From NCBI RefSeq assembly GCF_009914755.1, contig NC_060927.1: a DNA stretch of 64,000 nt. One strand, 5' to 3'. This document shows, one piece after another, positions 56,609 to 64,000 of this stretch; position 1 is the stretch's first letter, and every line of letters starts with the position of its first letter. The notes beneath the pieces are model-generated. The model was not told the origin of the DNA. It saw only the letters and a list, made by a program, of their open reading frames with translations, and did no database searches. The position numbers and the translations under genes are program-made. This DNA comes from the human T2T-CHM13v2.0 reference genome, Homo sapiens.

Positions 56609-57589
56609 TACATGACATTGCTTCACAAGATATCTTCAAACCCCTTGTCTCCTAACTTAGCACTAATTTGGTAATCATTCAGACGTTATCATTACAAAAA
56701 CTACAAAGCCTATTCTTTCTTTCAGGCAGTCTGCCCTGAGGGTATAAACAATAGTATTTATTACATATTCTTTAGGACCCCCATGTTATACCCTATTAAA
56801 CCTTGATAAATATTCTTCTGTGTTTCTAGAACAAACAAATTGCTTTCCTGCTCATTGTTCCTTGGCTCCGCTAAAAAAAAAAAAAAAAAAAAAAAAGTCA
56901 AGCATATTTCAACTAGAAAAAGGAAACCATAGGCAGCCAGACACAGAGACTATACTGTTTCTCATTTCATCAGCCTTGGGACTTGAACAGCAGGTCACTC
57001 CATTTGAAAACTAGCAGACGTAATAAATAGAAAGAGGCATAGAAAGCAAGCTGACCACAGATTGGGCTGTAGCACCCAGCCATTTCTGTCTGTCTTGGAA
57101 AGGCCAAAGAGAATGCACTGTATACTGCCATTGTATCAAATGTTTTGGGCACCTTTTTCAGGGCATTTATGAAAGAAAAAAAGAAAAGGGAGGGATTAAG
57201 GACTGGATAAGCCTTTTCCTGCCTGAGTACCTGTTTCATGATGTTTCTTTATAGTCATCATGACTGGCAAAATAATCTTTAAGGTTGCTTGGCAGTGTCC
57301 AAAAAGTAGACAAATAGACCTTGTACCTGTGGAAGAAATTTTAAAAACTAAAAAAAAAAAAAACCATAAAGTTGCTTTATGAAAAATAAATTATATGGGT
57401 ATGGAGCTAAATTTGGCTAAAGAAGAAAAAAAATCTGATTTTAGTAACAGGTAGCCAATGAAAAGCAAATTAAGAGCAGCCCTCACATATCTTATATATT
57501 AACTTCCCAGAAAGTCACTAGCAGTTGTAAAAAAGTATGCTAAATTAGATTGTACACATGATAGGGGAGTCACTTTCTTGTGCAAGAGC

Positions 57590-58167
<578 letters not shown>

Positions 58168-60732
58168 TTATAAACACCATCATGAGCCTTATATACAAAG
58201 AGTGAGTTTTCAAACATTTTTAACTGCAGAATAGCTTTTGATATAACATTTTTAATGGACACAATGTATATAATAGACAAAAATGGAATTAATGTGATAT
58301 GTGTGTATAGAATATATAATACATATGTAATATATATGTGTATATGTATATATGCATATAATATACATAAATATAATATATGTAATATATAAACGTACTG
58401 TTATTGAGAGGAACTAGGAACAGAAACTGGATTGTCTCCTCCATCTCCCTTGGTGACCCATGAAGGGTTCTCCGCAGAACATGGGTTGATTTAGTTAAGT
58501 ACAAATATAACCTAGTTATACTATAATAGTGTAAAACTTTCTAAAATGCATTTAACTTAAACAATATAATCATGGAAATATCATTTTATAGAGCATTAAT
58601 TCCCTGAAAGATATTGTAAATATACCTCTACCATCAGAATACAAAAGTAGATAGAAGGTCGGTTTGAAAATGGATAACTTTTAAATGGGAAAGTCCCCAC
58701 CAAAATACCTACACCATTCAAGGTGAATGTTTAAATGAGATGACATTTGTGGTAATATATTATAAATTTTAGAAAACCAATTATAACATGATTTGTAACA
58801 CTAAAGTCCACCTGGCTTCTTTTATGTCATTTAAGTTTTTATTAGATGTGATCATTTTTGAGAAATCATATTGAAATATATTATTCTAGTGAGTACTCTC
58901 AATATTGCTTTTTATAATTAAGAATATTAGAATTTTTCTAATGTAATTGAACGTGTAGAAACCATGACAGTGGTATTTAGAAACAAAAATTTTCATAAGT
59001 GACCTCAGAAGACAAGGTAACATATTTCTGGAATTAACATCTGGGAATGAAATTTAAGAAAATAAATAAATAAGTTTTTGTGTATGTATGTCTGTGTGTA
59101 ATCATGTGTGTCTATAAGTTTTTTTTTTTAACTAATGGCTTGTGGCTTTTGCCACAACTGAATATTTAAAAGGCTTCCATTTATTCACCTTGGGAACGAT
59201 TTGAGGGTTAAGAAGACAATAGGACTATGAGCGCCACTGTAGAAAGATGCTAGCTAGATATAAATGATTATAATTATCCAATATTCTGAATGTTTTCTTA
59301 ATCAACAGATGGGATATTTCTGTTCATGGCAAAGAATTTCAAAGATGTAATGATTTCATTTTTATAACTATTCAAAATTTTAAGTATAGCTCTGTTTAGA
59401 ACTCAAATCACTTTAGAAATCATTCATATTTATTCTTCAGGGCAATAATTAGTGAATGGATATGAGTATCTTTGGACTGTCTACACACCAAACAGCAAAC
59501 TGAAAACTTGGCAGTTGTTCAATTTATTTGATCACTGTGGATTGTCAAAGGGAATATTCATGGCCCAAAAGGGAACCTTTAAAATTATTTGAATTTAGAG
59601 CTGCAAATAATCATTTTTATGTTTTAATATAATGTACATGAGTCATTTCTATCCAGTCTGTGTTATAAACAGATAATTCTGCCAGTCACTCACTCAACCT
59701 TTTGAATCTCAATCATTAAATCTAAAATTATTTCAATTGATGTGAATGTAGGGCACAATTATGTAGTGTTTTGGAGTGAGTTTATCCAGCCAGCTATGAA
59801 GAAAAACATAATATGTAATGGAAAAATATCTGATCCAGTTTACAAAGAAAGTGGTTATAAAGAGTTACTGAAATAGCTCCTGGAGTTTGACAGAGATCAA
59901 ATCCTAAGGGAAGTGGTCAGAGGTGTGGTACAGTCTCTAATTATGAACAAGGATACTGCTCATTATCACTCCAACACCAGTTCACCCTAAGAAGGTAGTG
60001 ATTCATTGTCAGTGGGTGAGTGGTGCATAGTTAGCAGAATAACTGCCCGCCATTTAACTAACTCGTGTAGCTCTAAGCATGTGTCTGGATTACCTGTTTT
60101 ATCAGTTAATCCTCCTGCAGTAGCTTCTCTGCAGTATATCACTGAGGTGGTATTAACATTCGTCTGATAAAATCAAAGCATTTCTCCATAAATGTTGGAC
60201 CACAGCAAACACATATACAGGAAAAATAAAAAGGAAATTTACATACAAATCACCTTCATAATGTTACTAATTTGTTGCTACTTGCAGTAAAGCTCTTAAT
60301 GAGATTATCCAGGATTGGGACTATTTCCTTTGAGAGTTTCATTTGCCTCCCGAACATTTTTCCTTCAATTGTGGCTGTGCATTTATTACACTCCATTACC
60401 TATATTTCACATTTTGTAATTCAGTTTGTGCAAATTTGTAAAATGTGTTCTTACAACAAAAGGAAAAAAAAATTAAGAGGAAGCTTGTGCATGATCACAC
60501 TTTTCTTACTATAATATGCATGTCTATGTGCATTTACCTCTATACCCACCTAGCAAATTGGTGAGGGTAAAAGGAGGGTCAGTGGGAAACATTTTTACCA
60601 AATTCAGAAAATCTGCTGCCTCAAATGATTTTTCCAGTGTAGTAGATGCTAAGAAAATAAATAGACATTGGATGTCTAGCAGTCTCATCTTTCTGCAGTC
60701 CTACTGAGGACTGATTTCACTAGAGTATAGAA

Positions 60733-60895
60733 TGGTACTTCTCAGACTTCCCTGTGCATTGAAATCACCTGATGGTCTTGTTAAAATTCAGATTCTGATT
60801 TAATCAGTTCAGTGTTAGGCCTGAGTCACTGCATTTCAAACCACATCCCACAAAGGCCACTGGTCCACAAATCGATCACACCTTGAGTAACAAGA
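60733..60895. mobile_element. MER5A (hAT-Charlie)
   Basis: gtgcattgaaatcacctga...ttgttaaaattcagattctgatt...tgcatttc...cacaccttgagtaacaag. Confidence 0.75.
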
Positions 60896-62559
60896 GTATA
60901 ATCGATTAAACTACTAGTAGATAAACTCACTTTCAGTTTAAATAACTGAATATAAAGCAAATGCATGTTGTAAGCAAACACCAAAAAAGTGAGTAATGCC
61001 TTAAAAATGCATAAGCCATTAGAAGATTTATTACATAAGAGCTTGTTTATACATTTAATGAGATTTTAGCTTTGTTAACTTAAATGAGATCTCATTAAAC
61101 CAATGAAAATGCCACAAAATTAAGATATCAACTAAGTTGGGCTCCCTGCTGTGAAATTCTCATAGTCATAGTGAAGATAAATTATTAAAACTGGACATTT
61201 CTATTAAAATCAAAACAGTCTTTAACAACAAATGTATAAATCAAAAAGCCAATGTGCAAAGGAAAACAGTAGAAGTTATGCAACAGACGTTTTAGTCCCA
61301 GCTATGCCATAGAACCCGTTTGCATTATTTATACATTGAAGATGATAAACACCTGGCTCGAATCTCATAAATATGTAGTTAGATCTGAATATGATAATTC
61401 ATTTGTAAGCATCGTGAATGAATTATAATTTATACCTAAGACTTTTTTAAAATTGCAATATTATTTGCTGCTGTAGATAACATGCATATGCTAATTCACA
61501 GTGTTTAAGGCTGTTTATGATCTCCAGGTTTTAAGATATGTGTGGTCAATTTTAGTTGATATTGCATTTTTAACAATGCCCCAGTTTCACTGCAAAAATA
61601 GACTTAAATGCACAGATTTTGTTGAAATTTATAGCAATGCGTAACAATATTAGTTCTTATTGAAGGCTTTCCCTGGACTTCTGAGGATTAAAGGTGAGAA
61701 TATAATTCCAAATCTGAGTAAACACTTATAGAAAGTGATTAAAACTTATTTAGTGATAGAAATCAGTGATTATTTTAACTTGGCAGTCTATGTGCCACCA
61801 TTTTAGCCTTTTAGTATGACATAGTAAAGTAATTCAAAGGGAAGGCTTAATTAACTTCAGAAAAAAAAAGTTCAAAAGAATGCAGTAATAAAAATAGGCC
61901 CTCTTGTGAAAAGAAAACTTGTTAGTTAATTCTTATATCTCAAAGAGAGATAAACTGTGAAAATACCTGTAGAGTTCATTCTCAAGGCAATAGAGTGTTT
62001 CTCGACGTCCACGTGTGGACAGGATGCAGTTCTGATGTGTTTTGCTGAGTCAGGGATTTCTTGTGGCAGCTGTCACTGTTGATGCATCATCTTTAAAGAC
62101 GTGCCTGAGAACTTTGCCATGACCCTTGGCGGCTTGTTGATTTTTCTGTGGAAATGTATGAAAGTATAATTTAGTTTGTTTGGGTTTTACATGAATTAAA
62201 TATGGGGTTTTTGCTCCTCATTGAGCAAAATAAGGTGAAAAAAACTTCCTTAAATATTTCAGAGTTTGACTCGAAACGAAAACTCAAAATGTAATCTTGT
62301 GCTGTTATTTTTGTTTCCATTGTGTGATGCCAGAGGCTATAGACAACTAAGGAATCTTTCAACATGGCTTGAAATTTTGCATGTATCAATAAATACCTAT
62401 GGTAAAAAAAAAAAAACTTTATTTTAATTTTAGCTACTCTATAATGTTCACCGTAAAGTATAATTATTTTCACTTATTTTTATCAATTTAATTAAACATA
62501 TTTTATTGAGCTCTACCCCACTGCTAGAAACATATTCCAAAAGTACAAGGCTCATCTTG

Positions 62560-62880
62560 TCTCTCTTGGTTTAAAGTCTTTCAATGCCTTTGCTTTCCCA
62601 AGGCATTTGCCTAAAGTTAAACCCTTTCAGTGTGGCCCACAAGCCCCCTTAGGATCTGTCTCTGTCTGCTTGATGTATAACCCAACTTCTCCCCTCACCC
62701 CATCACTTCACATGCTGGCTTCCAGCCACACGGAACTCTAAAAGTGGTTTCTCCAATGTGCCATCTTCTCTTAAGCCACCAGGCTTCACATAGGCTGCAG
62801 TTTATCACTAAAAAGGAAGTTTCCTTTTTTTTTTCTTCAAAATCCCTTCATTTCAATTAAGAAGTCACCTTCTGCCTCCT
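62560..62880 (+). mobile_element. L2 fragment
   Basis: aagtctttcaatgcc...tggcccacaagccccctt...ttccagccacacggaact. Confidence 0.55.
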
Positions 62881-62927
62881 GCTTTCTAAGATCTTCATAA
62901 GGGGTAAGAAAGGTGCCCCTTCTAAGT

Positions 62928-63070
62928 AAAGTGACCATTTTTTTTCTAGTTCACCAGAGAAAGTCTCAATTTATGTCAATTTTCTCAACATTTCATTTAT
63001 TTAGCACTCCCTTTCACTCACAATGGGGTGTGTCATCCTGGTTTGGATGACACACTCCACAGCCATCATA
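62928..63070 (-). mobile_element. MER94-like (hAT-Blackjack) relic
   Basis: gtgaccat...tagcactccctttcactcacaa...cctggtttggatga resembles antisense MER94. Confidence 0.6.
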
Positions 63071-63104
63071 CTTCTAGAGGCTCCGTTTTCCCCTCTGCAG
63101 CAAG

Positions 63105-63345
63105 TACGAGGCCAAGAGCATAACTGTTTTGGAGTCAGCCAGGCCTATTTTCAAAACCCATGTCTGCCTTCTGTCAACTATGTGATATCAACATAGGTAG
63201 TTGCTGAAAATTTTTGACCTTGATTTTCTTACTTATAAAATTGGGACAGTGATGTTTAACTTCTGGTACTTTTTGATTTTTAAATTCAACCATGCAAGTA
63301 AGGTACATGGCTTAGCACCTGGTACATTTTAGGTTCTGTTAATAG
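63105..63345 (+). mobile_element. MIR
   Basis: ttttggagtcagccaggcc...ttttcttacttataaaattggga...gcttagcacctggtaca. Confidence 0.65.
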
Positions 63346-64000
63346 ATAAATGTAGGCACATTAAAATGTTAAAGAGTTACTTCGGACGAGGATTCATGAA
63401 TCAGGCAAATCAAACTATAAGCAGTTTGGACTCCACCAAAGGAGCATGAGACGAAAAATTGTATAAGGTGTTTGAGGAATTAATACACAGAAACTATTTG
63501 CTTGTTTAAACTGGAACAGTAGCTTTCAGGTCTCTAGTCAGAGATGAGTTGGCAGTTTCTGGTTGGTTCAGCTGAAGTTTCGTTTTACTGTTTACACTGA
63601 GTTAGGTTTGATCAGCTTACGTCTGAACCCAAAGTGCTGGAGCCATCTCAGCCTAATGGCCTCCCAATTAATTTTGTAAACAACTTTCAATGAATCACAG
63701 CTTTTTAAAAACTTAATGATAGCAATAGCACTGTGTTCTAATGATATGTTACTTCCTTCACAGGACTGTATACCTCTTAAAGTCAAAAACGTGTCTTTGT
63801 CTTTTATTTGTTTTTCCGCAGGCCCTCGCACAATAGTGCCCACACTATAGATTCATAATAAATAGTTATCAAAGGGATTAGTGACTAGAAAAATGACTGA
63901 CTGACTAAAAAATGAATGAAAACATATTATCTGTCCTCAAAGGAAGAAAGGTACTTTTAATGTAAGCCACTCTCTGTGTGTCATAAGTGCTCCCCAAAAG

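Overview
AT-rich primate (most likely human or great-ape) non-coding DNA, either intergenic or deep in a large intron. No protein-coding gene could be recognised; the listed ORFs come from Alu, THE1 or microsatellite sequence, or are chance. The window holds about 12 Alu copies (J, S and Y types), L1PA and older L1M fragments, MIR/L2 relics, a full-length THE1 (MaLR) element with a nested opposite-orientation solo LTR, MLT1 and MER50 LTRs, DNA-transposon relics (MER5A, MER30, MER94, MADE1), a 7SK-derived pseudogene fragment, microsatellites and a ~26-bp VNTR. The stand-out signal is a long ungapped inverted repeat at 29934-30403 that matches no repeat family I recognise. Its arms are 158 bp (145/158 matched, including a 73-bp perfect core), and the 154-nt loop contains a possible 9-nt microexon. 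Several smaller template-switch or duplication scars and exon-like segments are also noted. Repeat subfamily calls are from memory of consensus sequences and need RepeatMasker confirmation.
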